Position numbers and translations under genes: made by a program | From: Chloroflexota bacterium | GTDB taxonomy: Bacteria; Chloroflexota; Dehalococcoidia; Lucifugimonadales; Australimonadaceae | Length of the DNA: 64,000 nucleotides | Direction: 5' to 3' | Assembly: GCA_028874795.1 (NCBI GenBank) | Contig: JAPPHT010000056.1 | Coordinates: 75,560-139,559, forward strand | In this document: one piece after another, positions 38,513 through 48,682 of the stretch | How positions within the stretch are numbered: position 1 is the stretch's first letter | Layout: every line of letters begins with the position of its first letter | Notes under the pieces: model-generated | Database searches by the model: none | What the model saw: only the letters and a program-made list of their open reading frames with translations | Told to the model about the DNA's origin: nothing

Positions 38513-38995
38513 GTGTACAGGGTAGGCGTTCTTACGAGCAGTGACATGGGCGCGCGCGGCGAGCGCGAGGACACGAGCGGGGCGTTGATCCGCGAGACCC
38601 TCGCGCAACCGGACTACGAGCACGTCGAGTACGCCGTCGTTCCCGACGACCGCGCGACCATCGAGCAGACGCTGCGCACCTGGGCCGACGAGCGGGGGCT
38701 CGACCTCATCCTCACCACCGGCGGCACCGGGTTCACCGATCGCGACGTCGCGCCCGAAGCGACACTCGCGGTCATCGACCGCATCGCCCCCGGGCTGCCT
38801 GAGGCGATGCGCGCCTACGGGCTGACGAAGACACCCATGGCGATGCTCAGTCGGGGAACGGCGGGCGTGCGGGGCCGCACCCTTATCGTGAACCTGCCGG
38901 GCAGCCCCAAGGGCGTGCGCGAAGGTCTCGAGGTGCTTGTGCCCGTCCTCTCGCACGCGCTCGGCCAGATGACGGGCGCCGACCGCGGCCACTGA
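38513..38995 (+). CDS. Molybdopterin adenylyltransferase MogA/MoaB family
   Basis: [42 protein letters not shown]. Confidence 0.92.
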   Translation: MYRVGVLTSSDMGARGEREDTSGALIRETLAQPDYEHVEYAVVPDDRATIEQTLRTWADERGLDLILTTGGTGFTDRDVAPEATLAVIDRIAPGLPEAMRAYGLTKTPMAMLSRGTAGVRGRTLIVNLPGSPKGVREGLEVLVPVLSHALGQMTGADRGH

Positions 38996-39002
38996 AACGC
39001 CC

Positions 39003-39761
39003 ATGCGCATAGACGTCCTTACCGTGTTCCCGGAGATGTTCGGCCCGGTGCTCGCCGCCGGCATCGTTGGCAAGGCGGTCCGCGCCGGGCTCGCGGACGT
39101 GCGCATCCACGACCTGCGCGACTTCGCCCACGACAGGCATCGCTCTACGGACGACGCTCCGTTCGGCGGCGGGCCGGGGATGGTCATGCTGCCCCAGCCG
39201 CTCTTCGAAGCCGTGCGCTCCCTGGAACCAAGTCTCGACGCGGCCGTCGTCGTCCTCAGTCCGCAGGGCAAACCATTCGACCAGAGAGCGGCGGAGCGGC
39301 TCGCGCAGCTGGAACGCATCGTCCTCATCTGCGGGCGGTACGAGGGCATCGACGAGCGCGTGATCGAGGGACTCGCGACGGAGGAGCTCAGCACCGGTGA
39401 CTACGTGGTGAGCGGCGGCGAGGTCCCCGCGATGCTCGTCGTGGACGCCGTTGTGCGGCTGCTGCCGGGAGCGCTTGGGCACGGCGAGGAGGCGCTGGCT
39501 GACGATTCGCATACGTCCGGGCTGCTGCAGCACCCGCAGTACACGCGGCCCGCCGACTTCGAGGGGCGCTCCGTGCCCGACGTGCTGCTCTCCGGCAATC
39601 ACGCCGCGATCGCACAGTGGCGCAGGCGTGAGGCGCTGCGGAGGACGCTCGAACGGCGCCCGGACATGCTCGCAAGGGCCGAACTGAGCGCGGAGGATGC
39701 GCAGATCCTCCGCGCCCTGGGATGGCAGCCGCCTACGCCGGTACCGGGGACGCCGGAGTAA
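39003..39761 (+). CDS. trmD: tRNA (guanine37-N1)-methyltransferase
   Basis: [47 protein letters not shown]. Confidence 0.97.
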   Translation: MRIDVLTVFPEMFGPVLAAGIVGKAVRAGLADVRIHDLRDFAHDRHRSTDDAPFGGGPGMVMLPQPLFEAVRSLEPSLDAAVVVLSPQGKPFDQRAAERLAQLERIVLICGRYEGIDERVIEGLATEELSTGDYVVSGGEVPAMLVVDAVVRLLPGALGHGEEALADDSHTSGLLQHPQYTRPADFEGRSVPDVLLSGNHAAIAQWRRREALRRTLERRPDMLARAELSAEDAQILRALGWQPPTPVPGTPE

Positions 39762-40677
39762 CCGGGGCCTCTGATGCCGCCGGCGCCACCTGCTCCTTGC
39801 GTGCGGGGGCCGCCACACGGCGGGTCCTGGTGGGCTCGGGCAGCGCCGTCCTGCCCAGGCTGAAGGCTTCGATGCTCTCCAGCTGGTTCGCGCGCACCCA
39901 TTCGTCACGGCCCACAGGAGCGACGAGCCAACTCTCCAGCACGGCCTGGCGTTTCATCTCTACCTTGGTCCGCGCCGTGGCTTCCGGGCTCCAGTCGTAC
40001 GCCGCATTCACGGTCGGGGAGAGGTGCATCGACGTCGGCACCAGCATGCCGAGGAACGCGTAGGTGGCCTTCCCCTGCTGGCAGAGGACGATCTGGTGTC
40101 CGGGGGTCGGTCCCGCCGCGGGCTCGACCCACACGTCGGCGCAGACCTCTGTCGTGCGGTCGACGACCTCCAACTGGCCGCTGTCGAGCAGCGGTTCGTG
40201 GTCGTCTGCTCGGTAGTGCTTCCGGTTCCTGCGGCTCGGGCGCATCGCCTCCTCCAGCGCGTCGCGGTGGATGACGTACCGCGCGTTGGGGAACGTCGGC
40301 AGTACCCGACCGGAGGAGGTGAAGTGCGTGCACCCTCCGGCGTACTCGGAGAAGAGGTCCGTCTGGATGACGACGGCGATGTCCTTGGGCATGAGGCCGA
40401 GCTGGCGTAGCTCCCGCACCAGCGATGACCTGCTGCGCGTGCGCGCTGCGTCCAGGGAGAGCGGGGGTTTATCGCCGGGGCCCGTGTTCACGAGCACCCA
40501 GCCTTCCGGGTGATCGATGAGCACGCTGTAGTTGCCGAAGGAAACCCTGTTCTGGCGGTCCGGGGAGACGAACCGCTCCCACGATTGCTTGGTCGTAGCC
40601 CCGAACAGGATGCCACCGTCCAGGCGGGTGGTGCTGACGCGAAGGAGACGCACATACGGTTTCGTTGCTTTACCCAT
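39733..40677 (-). CDS. MBL-fold (YtnP-like) protein lacking most metal ligands
   Basis: [23 protein letters not shown] in place of [25 protein letters not shown]. Confidence 0.75.
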   Translation of the reverse strand: MGKATKPYVRLLRVSTTRLDGGILFGATTKQSWERFVSPDRQNRVSFGNYSVLIDHPEGWVLVNTGPGDKPPLSLDAARTRSRSSLVRELRQLGLMPKDIAVVIQTDLFSEYAGGCTHFTSSGRVLPTFPNARYVIHRDALEEAMRPSRRNRKHYRADDHEPLLDSGQLEVVDRTTEVCADVWVEPAAGPTPGHQIVLCQQGKATYAFLGMLVPTSMHLSPTVNAAYDWSPEATARTKVEMKRQAVLESWLVAPVGRDEWVRANQLESIEAFSLGRTALPEPTRTRRVAAPARKEQVAPAASEAPVTPASPVPA

Positions 40678-40723
40678 AGGAATCTCCTCTGGCGCAGGAG
40701 CGCATGAAGGAACAATGGCGGCT

Positions 40724-40804
40724 ATTATGTTCAAGTTTTCAGCTTTGTCAAGACTCTGGCTAGAATCGATTTAGGAAAGTGACCAAATCTGACACCCTGT
40801 CAGA
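40724..40804 (-). promoter_or_regulatory. Promoter TTGACA-16-CATAAT plus upstream palindrome TCTGACA-CCC-TGTCAGA (40788-40804)
   Basis: Read directly in an AT-rich intergenic region. Confidence 0.55.
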
Positions 40805-40882
40805 CCAGCCATAGAGAGGTCTACCGTGAGGTAGTCCCTGCCTGAGCCATAGCATCGGTTTTGAACGAAGTTTAGGAAATTG

Positions 40883-41224
40883 TCAGCCGATGGCTGAACG
40901 CCGCGCGCTCGCCCCACCAAGCGCCGCGCCCACCGTACCCCCCGCGAATACCCACAGCACCGCCACTGCGACCACCAGCAGAACGAAGTTCGCCGACAGG
41001 TCCGCGAACAGGGCTATCCCCATCACCGCTATGGCGGCGGGCACAAGCAGGAGCGCGGCCATCAGCAGGCCGATCAGCACCGCCTGCCCCTGCGTGCAGG
41101 CGCACCGGGCGCCCGCGATGTACCCACCGATCAGCGGAGACGGTACCCCCGTAACGAAGTGCACGATGGGAACGAGGATGCAACCCAGGGTGACGGCGGC
41201 CCCCACCAGGGCGGCTCGGAACAT
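40883..41224 (-). CDS. Small membrane protein, Gly-rich
   Basis: MFRAALVG..IVHFVTG.PSPLIGGYIAG; mostly hydrophobic. Confidence 0.7.
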   Translation of the reverse strand: MFRAALVGAAVTLGCILVPIVHFVTGVPSPLIGGYIAGARCACTQGQAVLIGLLMAALLLVPAAIAVMGIALFADLSANFVLLVVAVAVLWVFAGGTVGAALGGASARRSAIG

Positions 41225-41509
41225 GTCGGAACCTCTTGGATGCGGAAGGGTCGCGGGAAGTCTACGGACGGAGCGAGCGGACTGTCCATCGCGCGCAGGT
41301 CTCTCCCGCAAGCGGGATCACGGACATGGCATCTCTCCGCTACGGCAGTGAGATGGTCCAGCGTAGATTGCGATTTTCGTAGGCGCTCCACTCGGCCATG
41401 ATTGGAGACGGCGCGCTGGCGCAAGCTCGTGGCGGATAGAGCATACCGATTTGCACTCGTGTAGTATTCTTGGCGCATCAACGGAGACACTCCAGGGGAG
41501 GAAGACGAG

Positions 41510-41716
41510 TTGACGGCGTTCCAGCGGCAGATCCCCGAAGAGGAAGACCTCAAGCGCATGCTCGAAAGAGCGGGGATGGTCCTTTCCGAGGAAGACCTCC
41601 AGACCATGGCGACGGCCTTTCCCTCCGTCCGGGCCCAGTTGGAGCGGCTGTATTCCTATAACTTCGATGGAGAGTCCTATCCGTTCCGCACCATCTTCCC
41701 CGAGACGAATGCATGA
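41510..41716 (+). CDS. Small amidase-partner protein (GatC/AtzG-like position and size)
   Basis: 68 aa, ATGA overlap with the amidase; LERAGMVLSEEDLQ. Confidence 0.6.
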   Translation: MTAFQRQIPEEEDLKRMLERAGMVLSEEDLQTMATAFPSVRAQLERLYSYNFDGESYPFRTIFPETNA

Positions 41717-43107
41717 ACGCCGACGACCTTTGCTATCTGTCGATCTCCGAAGCGGCAGAACTGATCCGGGAGAAGAAGCTGTCCCCGGTGGAGTTGACGC
41801 AAGCGCACATCGACCGGATCGACCGGCTGAACCCCCAGGTCAAGGCGTACGTCACGCGAACGGACGAAGAGGCATTGGCCCGCGCGAAGACCGCCGAGGC
41901 TGAGATCAACGCCGGTCGTTATCAGGGACCTCTCCATGGGATACCGGTCTCCTTCAAGGACCTATATGACACCGCAGGGACCAGGACGACGGGCCAGTCC
42001 AGGTTGTTCGCCGACCGTATCCCCACCGAGGATTCCGCAACGGTGGCCAGCGTGAAGCAGGCCGGAGCGGTGTCACTCGGCAAGGTGGCGCTGGCGGAGT
42101 TCGGACTTGGGGGCTCGCCCACCAGTCTGTTCGAGACGCCGAACAATCCGTGGAACCTCGATTACTCACCGGGCGGATCGAGCAGCGGTTCAGGCGCGGC
42201 GCTCGCGGCGGGACTCTGCATGGGGTCGTTCGGCACGGATACAGGAGGTTCTCTGCGGAACCCCGGACACTGCTCCGGGATCGTAGGCTTGAAACCAACG
42301 CTGGGCAGGGTCAGCCGCTTCGGCGTCATCCCGTGCAGCTGGTCGCTGGACACCGTCGGTCCGATGGCCCGAACGGTGAGCGATGTTGCAGTGCTTCTCC
42401 AGGCGGTGGCCGGACACGACCCACGCGACCCTTCCTCCGCCGACAGGCCGGTCCCGGACTACAGCGAGGCACTGGGTAAGGGCGTCGAGGGTCTGAGGAT
42501 CGGCGTGCCCCGTGACTACTTCTTCAGGACCGACCTGGGCGCGGATGCTGAGGTCGTCCAGTGCGCCGAGCAGGCGCTGGTCGTGCTCGAGGACCTCGGC
42601 GCCTCTATACAGGAAGTGTCGGTCCCGAGCGTCGCGGACGCGCGATCAGCCCAGATGGTCATCATGCACGCAGAGGCGTTCGCCTACCATCGGCAGTTCC
42701 TGCGTGACCGCGCCGGAGATTACGGTCCGGTACGCTTCCGCTTCTGGCTCGGCGCGCTCTACACCGCCGAAGACTACCTTCAGGCAAGCCTGTTCCGCCG
42801 GCAGCTCGTCAGGGAGGTCGACGACGTGCTGGGGAAGGTAGACCTGATCGTCACTCCGACCATGCCCCGGCCTGCCCCGAAAGGGGGAGACTCCTCGCCC
42901 TTCGGCACGTTGACTGGTCTCAACTTCCTTGCTCCGTTCAATCTCACGGGCTCGCCTGCGGTCTCCGTACCCTGCGGATTCACCAGCGGCGGGTTGCCTG
43001 TGGGGCTCCAGATCGCAGGAGCCTGGTTCGACGAGGCGACCGTCCTGCGTGCGGCCCACGCCTACGCGCAGGCGACGCCGTGGTGGGAGATGCATCCTGA
43101 TCTGTAG
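41713..43107 (+). CDS. Amidase signature family enzyme
   Basis: GPLHGIPV.FKD, PGGSSSGS, GTDTGGSLR.P, GLKPT.GRVSR. Confidence 0.93.
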   Translation: MNADDLCYLSISEAAELIREKKLSPVELTQAHIDRIDRLNPQVKAYVTRTDEEALARAKTAEAEINAGRYQGPLHGIPVSFKDLYDTAGTRTTGQSRLFADRIPTEDSATVASVKQAGAVSLGKVALAEFGLGGSPTSLFETPNNPWNLDYSPGGSSSGSGAALAAGLCMGSFGTDTGGSLRNPGHCSGIVGLKPTLGRVSRFGVIPCSWSLDTVGPMARTVSDVAVLLQAVAGHDPRDPSSADRPVPDYSEALGKGVEGLRIGVPRDYFFRTDLGADAEVVQCAEQALVVLEDLGASIQEVSVPSVADARSAQMVIMHAEAFAYHRQFLRDRAGDYGPVRFRFWLGALYTAEDYLQASLFRRQLVREVDDVLGKVDLIVTPTMPRPAPKGGDSSPFGTLTGLNFLAPFNLTGSPAVSVPCGFTSGGLPVGLQIAGAWFDEATVLRAAHAYAQATPWWEMHPDL

Positions 43108-43170
43108 TGCGGCGCCGTCACGAGGGAAGCGGCGTATGGGCGCAGGCGAGCGGGCAAAGACGGTGACCAC

Positions 43171-45288
43171 ATGCTAGAAGCCAGCTTCGAGGCGGTCCAG
43201 CACATCATCTCCCCCTGGGGAATGGTCGCACTCATCAGCGGCACTATGATCGGCATGGTGAGCGGGGCGATGCCCGGGGGGACGCTCCCCACCCTCGTGG
43301 TACTGCTGGGCTTCGCTTACACGATGGACCCGGCTACCGCCCTTCCCCTCGCGACAGGCATGATCGCCACGGTCAACACGGGAGACACGCTCCCCGCGGT
43401 GCTGCTGGGGATCCCCGGTTCCGCCACGGGCCAGGCCACCATCCTGGACGGCTATCCCATGTCTCGACAAGGCAGGGCCGGAGAGGCGCTCTCGGCTGCC
43501 TACTTCACGTCGATGCTGGGAGGTGTCTTCGGAGCCCTGTTCCTGTTGGTAACCATCCCTGTCGTCAGGCCGCTGGTGCTGACCTTCGGTTCGCCCGAGT
43601 TCTTCATCCTGGGAATGGTTGCCATCTCCGTGGTCGGCGTTATCAGCAGCGGGGCATTTCTCAAGGGGCTGGCGTCGGGCGCGGTCGGGCTGCTGATCAC
43701 ATCCATCGGGTTCGACGTGATCAACGGCACGTCGCGTGCGGTCTTCGGGATCGACTACCTCTGGGACGGGATCCCGCTCGTACCCGCCGTCATCGGACTG
43801 TTTGCGGTCCCGGAACTGGTGGACCTCTCCATCAGCGGCAAGCCGATCGCGAGGGGTGACCTCAACGAGCTCCTCGATAAGGTGAACCAGGGGCGGAGGC
43901 TCGGAGTGCGGGCGGTGTTGCGCAACTTCCCGCTGATGCTCCGGTCTTCCGGGCTGGGGATCCTCATAGGCATCCTTCCGGGGATCGGAGGCTCTCTGGC
44001 CAACTGGCTGACGTACGCCAACGCCAGGCAGACAGTGCGGGGAGGCGCCCAGACGTTCGGCACCGGCGATATCAGGGGCGTCATCGCGCCGGAGTCCGCC
44101 AACAACTCGGTGGACGGGGCAACGCTGGTCCCCACACTCTGGTTCGGCGTTCCCGGCAGCGTCGGCATGGCGATCTTCCTTGGCTTCATGATCATCATGG
44201 GGCTCCAACCAGGGCCGCGTATGCTCGGAGAGGACTTGGACCTGACGCTGACCATCGTCTTCAGCCTGGCGCTTGCGAACGTATTCGGCACAGGGGTCGC
44301 CCTCGCGTTCTCGCCCACCCTGGCCCGTATCGCGTTCGTGCGGCCCGGGGTCCTTGTCCCGGTGGTGCTGGCGGTGCTCATGATCACCGCGTTCCAGGCA
44401 AGCGTGTCGATGGGCGATCTGCTGGCGGTGCTCGCATTCGCCGCGATGGGCTTCTTCATGAAGACGCACGGCTGGCCACGCCCGCCGATCATCATTGCGC
44501 TGGTGCTGGGCTCCACGATCGAGCGCTTCTATTTCCTCGCCACCAAGACCTACGGCCTCTCCATGCTCTGGCGGCCCGGTTTCCTGGGCATCATCATCGT
44601 CGCCGTGGGCACGGCGCTCTACACCGTATGGATCCAGCGGTCCGTGGCGGCACAGGCCCGCAGCCAGCAGAGCTTCGCCGATGGTCCGGTGCCGTCAGGC
44701 TCGAGCGGCACGCCGGACCTGGGACCGGATAACGCACCCCCGGATCGCGCAGCCGCTCGAGGCCGCAACCTGTCGGCGGGCCTCATCGTGAGGAGGCTGA
44801 GGCCCGGTCCGGACGGCTTGTTTGCCCTCCTCCTGGTTGGGGTGTGCGTCTACTTCCTGGTCGCATCGTTCGAATGGGTGCTGGAGTCCGCCCTGTTTCC
44901 GCGAACAGCCAGCATCGCGGGCCTGACGCTGCTGAGCCTGTACTTCCTGAACCGCATCTTCAGACAAGGCGAAGGCGATGACGAGGAAGGACCTCAACTG
45001 ATGGACATCGGGAGAATGCGGTCTGACCTGCCGCCGTCCGTGATGCGGCGCCGCTTCGCGCAGTCGGCGGGGGTGCTCGTGGCCCTGGTCGGCGGCATCT
45101 GGCTGTTCAGCTTCCATGTCGCCATACCGGTCTACGTATTCCTGTACCTGTGGCTTGTCGGCCGGGTCCGGCCGTGGATAGCTGTGCTTCCAGCCATCCT
45201 GTTCGAGGCCCTGCTGATCGGTTTCTACGATCGGCTTCTGTACACGAACTGGCATACGCCGATCCTCCTTCCGTTCCTGGGTTCATGA
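43171..45288 (+). CDS. tctA: Tripartite tricarboxylate transporter TctA fused to a TctB-like domain
   Basis: LGIPGS, DGYPM..QGRAG.AL, GVIAPESANN, PTL.FG.PGS; extra TM C-terminus. Confidence 0.88.
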   Translation: MLEASFEAVQHIISPWGMVALISGTMIGMVSGAMPGGTLPTLVVLLGFAYTMDPATALPLATGMIATVNTGDTLPAVLLGIPGSATGQATILDGYPMSRQGRAGEALSAAYFTSMLGGVFGALFLLVTIPVVRPLVLTFGSPEFFILGMVAISVVGVISSGAFLKGLASGAVGLLITSIGFDVINGTSRAVFGIDYLWDGIPLVPAVIGLFAVPELVDLSISGKPIARGDLNELLDKVNQGRRLGVRAVLRNFPLMLRSSGLGILIGILPGIGGSLANWLTYANARQTVRGGAQTFGTGDIRGVIAPESANNSVDGATLVPTLWFGVPGSVGMAIFLGFMIIMGLQPGPRMLGEDLDLTLTIVFSLALANVFGTGVALAFSPTLARIAFVRPGVLVPVVLAVLMITAFQASVSMGDLLAVLAFAAMGFFMKTHGWPRPPIIIALVLGSTIERFYFLATKTYGLSMLWRPGFLGIIIVAVGTALYTVWIQRSVAAQARSQQSFADGPVPSGSSGTPDLGPDNAPPDRAAARGRNLSAGLIVRRLRPGPDGLFALLLVGVCVYFLVASFEWVLESALFPRTASIAGLTLLSLYFLNRIFRQGEGDDEEGPQLMDIGRMRSDLPPSVMRRRFAQSAGVLVALVGGIWLFSFHVAIPVYVFLYLWLVGRVRPWIAVLPAILFEALLIGFYDRLLYTNWHTPILLPFLGS

Positions 45289-45332
45289 CGAGACGAGACT
45301 CACGCGTAAAGTGCGAGCAAAGGAGACCCGAT

Positions 45333-46616
45333 ATGAAGATGAGGACCGTTGCACGTAGGCCCGCTATTCTGCTGAGCTTGATGACCCTGGTTTTGATGTC
45401 GCTCCTGGGCGCCTGTGGAGGTGAAGACCCGACACCCACCTCCCCACCCTCCCAGCCTGCGGCCGCCACACCCACATCCGCACCCGCGCCGGCCGCGGAA
45501 CCCACGCCCACGCTGGCGCCCGGACAACCCACGCCCACACCGAGCCCGCCCACTCCCACACCCAGCACCACAACCGGCCCGGCGCCTGCTCCCGCTCCAA
45601 CTCCCACGGTCCCTCCCCCGGACCCATCGTTCGACGCTGAAGGCTACTTCAGCGGCAGGACGATCAAGTTCACGGTGGGCTTCTCTCCGGGCGGCGGCTT
45701 CGACGCCTTCACACGGATCCTGGCGGTGCATCTGCCGCGGTTCATTCCAGGCAGTCCCAAGATCGTGGTCAGCAACCTGCCGGGCGCGGCGTCCCTGCTC
45801 ACCGCACGGGCTACCGCAGGGAGAGCCCCGGGTGACGGCTTCGACATCGGCGTCTTCACGCAGGGCCTGCTCATCCAATCGCTGCTCGGAGTCGAGTTCG
45901 AGGGGTTCGAGCCGACCGAGTTCGTCTTCGTCGGTCTGCCAGACAACACCCCATCGAGAGGAGCGATCTGCGTTCGCGCCGATTCGGCGGACAGCCTCGA
46001 CTCCTTCGTGAACAGCCCGCGTCCGTTCCGCTTGGGAGAGTCGCAGCCAGGCTCATCTCCGGCGCCCCACGAGGAATGGCTGGTGATGGCAGGCCTGCCG
46101 ATAGAGATCATCTACGGCTACCAGGGGACCGCCGACGTCCGTGTCGCGTTCGAACGCGGCGAGATCGAAGTGACCTCGCGCTGCGACGATTCCGCGCTCC
46201 CGGCGTACCCTCACTGGGCAGACCCTGCAGTCGTCACGCCTTTGTTCCACCACACGCAGTTGCCGCCAGATTGGGTGGTGGAGGGCCAGGCGAACGGCCT
46301 GTACCCGTGGTTCAAGCCCCTGCGCGAAGTCGTCAGCGTCAGTGACATCCTCATGACCGCGCTGGAGTTGGAAACGAGCCTTGCGGGCAGCCGCGTCTTC
46401 GCCCTGCCCCCAGGCACGCCGCCAGAGGTCGCCCACGTGATCAGGGAGGCGTTCGCCACTGCGGTGGAATCCGGTGCCTTCAAGGCGGACATGCGGACCC
46501 GTGGATACACGACCGGACTGCTGAGAGGTACGGAACTGCAGGAACGCGTACAGAGATTCGCAGACCAGCCGGCAGAGGTACTCACGGTGCTCCGCGACAT
46601 GTACAAGATCGAGTGA
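45333..46616 (+). CDS. tctC: TctC/Bug-like substrate-binding lipoprotein with Pro/Thr linker
   Basis: LGAC lipobox; VGFSPGGGFD..R, NLPGA, GYQG...ERGE. Confidence 0.85.
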   Translation: MKMRTVARRPAILLSLMTLVLMSLLGACGGEDPTPTSPPSQPAAATPTSAPAPAAEPTPTLAPGQPTPTPSPPTPTPSTTTGPAPAPAPTPTVPPPDPSFDAEGYFSGRTIKFTVGFSPGGGFDAFTRILAVHLPRFIPGSPKIVVSNLPGAASLLTARATAGRAPGDGFDIGVFTQGLLIQSLLGVEFEGFEPTEFVFVGLPDNTPSRGAICVRADSADSLDSFVNSPRPFRLGESQPGSSPAPHEEWLVMAGLPIEIIYGYQGTADVRVAFERGEIEVTSRCDDSALPAYPHWADPAVVTPLFHHTQLPPDWVVEGQANGLYPWFKPLREVVSVSDILMTALELETSLAGSRVFALPPGTPPEVAHVIREAFATAVESGAFKADMRTRGYTTGLLRGTELQERVQRFADQPAEVLTVLRDMYKIE

Positions 46617-46631
46617 TCGAGTAGCGTCGCA

Positions 46632-46674
46632 CCCGGAGTCTCCCGGCCCATATTCGAAGCCGGGAGACTCCGGG
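46632..46674 (+). terminator. 16-bp stem hairpin after tctC
   Basis: CCCGGAGTCTCCCGGC-N11-GCCGGGAGACTCCGGG. Confidence 0.6.
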
Positions 46675-46753
46675 CGCAGTGCTCCCCGGGCCCTGCGTAC
46701 AATGCTGCCGTGAGGTTTCGACGTACAACCGATAGCGGGGAGCCCTAGCAGCC

Positions 46754-47269
46754 GTGCAGGCTGACGACGCCTTCCGCCGGGCGCTGCACACCAGCTTCGT
46801 CATCCGCGTGACCCATAGAGGACGCCGGAGCGGCCTTCCCCGCGTCCTGGAAACGACCTACTACTGGGACGGCGCGGGCAAGCTCTACCTCTCCGGTTAT
46901 CCCGGCAGGCGGGACTGGGTGGCCAACATGGGCGCACACCCGGACGCTACGGTCTATACGGTTGAGCGCGGACAGTGGTTCGCCGTGGCGGCGACAGCGC
47001 GCGTGCTTCGCTCACGGCACGAGCGCACGCCCTACGTCATGGCATACGTGCGGCACTGGCTGCGCCTGGGTGGAGGCCAGCGCCGCCTCATCGGCTGGGT
47101 CCTGTGTGCCGTGCAAGTGAACCGCGCGCTCCGCCTGCCGTGGTGGGGCCCGTTCTACTGCATCCGCCGGGTGTTCGACGCCATGCCATGCGTCGAGCTG
47201 ACGCTGACCGGCACGCCCGTCCCGTTGGACGCGCCGCCGCCCGACCCCACCCTTCCGCGGAGCGCGTAG
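46754..47269 (+). CDS. Deazaflavin (F420)-dependent nitroreductase-like split beta-barrel protein
   Basis: THRGRRSGLPR, RDWVANM.A.P. Confidence 0.7.
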   Translation: MQADDAFRRALHTSFVIRVTHRGRRSGLPRVLETTYYWDGAGKLYLSGYPGRRDWVANMGAHPDATVYTVERGQWFAVAATARVLRSRHERTPYVMAYVRHWLRLGGGQRRLIGWVLCAVQVNRALRLPWWGPFYCIRRVFDAMPCVELTLTGTPVPLDAPPPDPTLPRSA

Positions 47270-47516
47270 CTGAAATCCGCTCATACATCGTCAGCCTGCC
47301 GTTGACATCGCGCTAACCTACCGCGTACAGTGCCGCCCTGTAGCATGGCCGTGTATAATGCGCGGAATACACCCATGAATCTGCCCCGATCCGACAAGAA
47401 GGCCGGCGTCGAACTACCCCGACACAGGTACTCGCCAACGCTATGATGCATAGCCCATCCAGCCGTCGTATCGGTTCACCCCGCAGGACATCCCCCCTGG
47501 TCAGGAGCACTTCGTC

Positions 47517-48602
47517 ATGAGCGCCTCCGTCGGCTTCCATCTGCCCTCCAGCGCCGCATCCCGGCTGGACATGCTGGTGGACAGCATCGAGTCGAACCAA
47601 GGCCCGCTGCTCAACCCCGCAGAGATGCGCGCGGCGTCAGCGAGTCTGGACATCCGCAGCGCCATCGAGCAGTTGCCGGAAGGAATGACCCTCGATGACT
47701 TCGTGGGCATCCTCAAGCTGGCGATGCTGACCGAGTGCGCCACGGACTCTTACTCCGCTGTCTTCCAGGACGGCGCCGAGCGCTTCGACGCTCCCTGGCT
47801 GGCGCGTTTCAATGCGCAGGTCTGGACACCCGACGAGCACACGCACTACACGCCGTACAAGCTCATGCTCCAGTCCCTTGGTTACTCCGAGGAGGAGCTG
47901 GACCTCGAGATGCGCGAGGTGCAGGACCGGAACTACGAGCACTGCTGCGGCCGTACTCCCATCGAACTGACCACCTACGGCATCATCCAGGAGTACCTGA
48001 CGGACAACTGGCACGGCATGATCAGCCAGTTGCTCAAGCCGTCCGCCCCTTATGCAGCGAGATGCGCCTCTATGGTCAAACGCCGCGAGACGCTGCACAC
48101 CACCTGGTACCGCGAGATGACTGCCATCCAGTTGGAAGAGAACCCCGCGATGCTGGAGCTTGTCGCGAATACCGTCCTCTCGTTCCAGATGCCCGGGACC
48201 CGGCTGGTGCCCGAGTTCGGCACGCGGTCGCTGGAGTGGATGAGCAAGGCCAATGTGGACTTCCCCCGCGTCGCCAGGGACTTCGTGCGCAACTTCCAGC
48301 AGGTCGCAGGGACGATGAAGCGTGCCGGTCAGCTCTTCGTGGAACTCGCGGCGAAGCGCGACGTACGGTTCGGCCCCGTGCCGATCTCCGCATTCCGGCG
48401 GATAATGGACAAGATCGGTGGGGCGGGCTACGGCATCATCGGCGAGGCCCTGCTCGACAAGTTCGGCATCCCGCGGCCAACCAGCCAGAACCAGACCGGG
48501 CCGATCAACCTGCCGCCACGGATGTACGAGGCGTTCCGCTCCCGCATGCGCAGCATGATCACCCGGCGCATAGAAACAGCCGCCATCATCGGCGAGGTCT
48601 AA
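47517..48602 (+). CDS. Acyl-ACP desaturase-like di-iron protein
   Basis: TE....Y, WTPDEHTH, QE, ETLH ligand pattern. Confidence 0.75.
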   Translation: MSASVGFHLPSSAASRLDMLVDSIESNQGPLLNPAEMRAASASLDIRSAIEQLPEGMTLDDFVGILKLAMLTECATDSYSAVFQDGAERFDAPWLARFNAQVWTPDEHTHYTPYKLMLQSLGYSEEELDLEMREVQDRNYEHCCGRTPIELTTYGIIQEYLTDNWHGMISQLLKPSAPYAARCASMVKRRETLHTTWYREMTAIQLEENPAMLELVANTVLSFQMPGTRLVPEFGTRSLEWMSKANVDFPRVARDFVRNFQQVAGTMKRAGQLFVELAAKRDVRFGPVPISAFRRIMDKIGGAGYGIIGEALLDKFGIPRPTSQNQTGPINLPPRMYEAFRSRMRSMITRRIETAAIIGEV

Positions 48603-48682
48603 CGGCCATTCCAAAGCTGCCACGTCTGCCACTGCGGCCAGCGGTGCGCGCCGCGAAGCGCGCCGGTACTCCCGCTGCCGAC

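Noticed and set aside
41510-43107. gatC/gatA
   Set aside because: No gatB nearby and the context is a transporter; treated as a generic amidase
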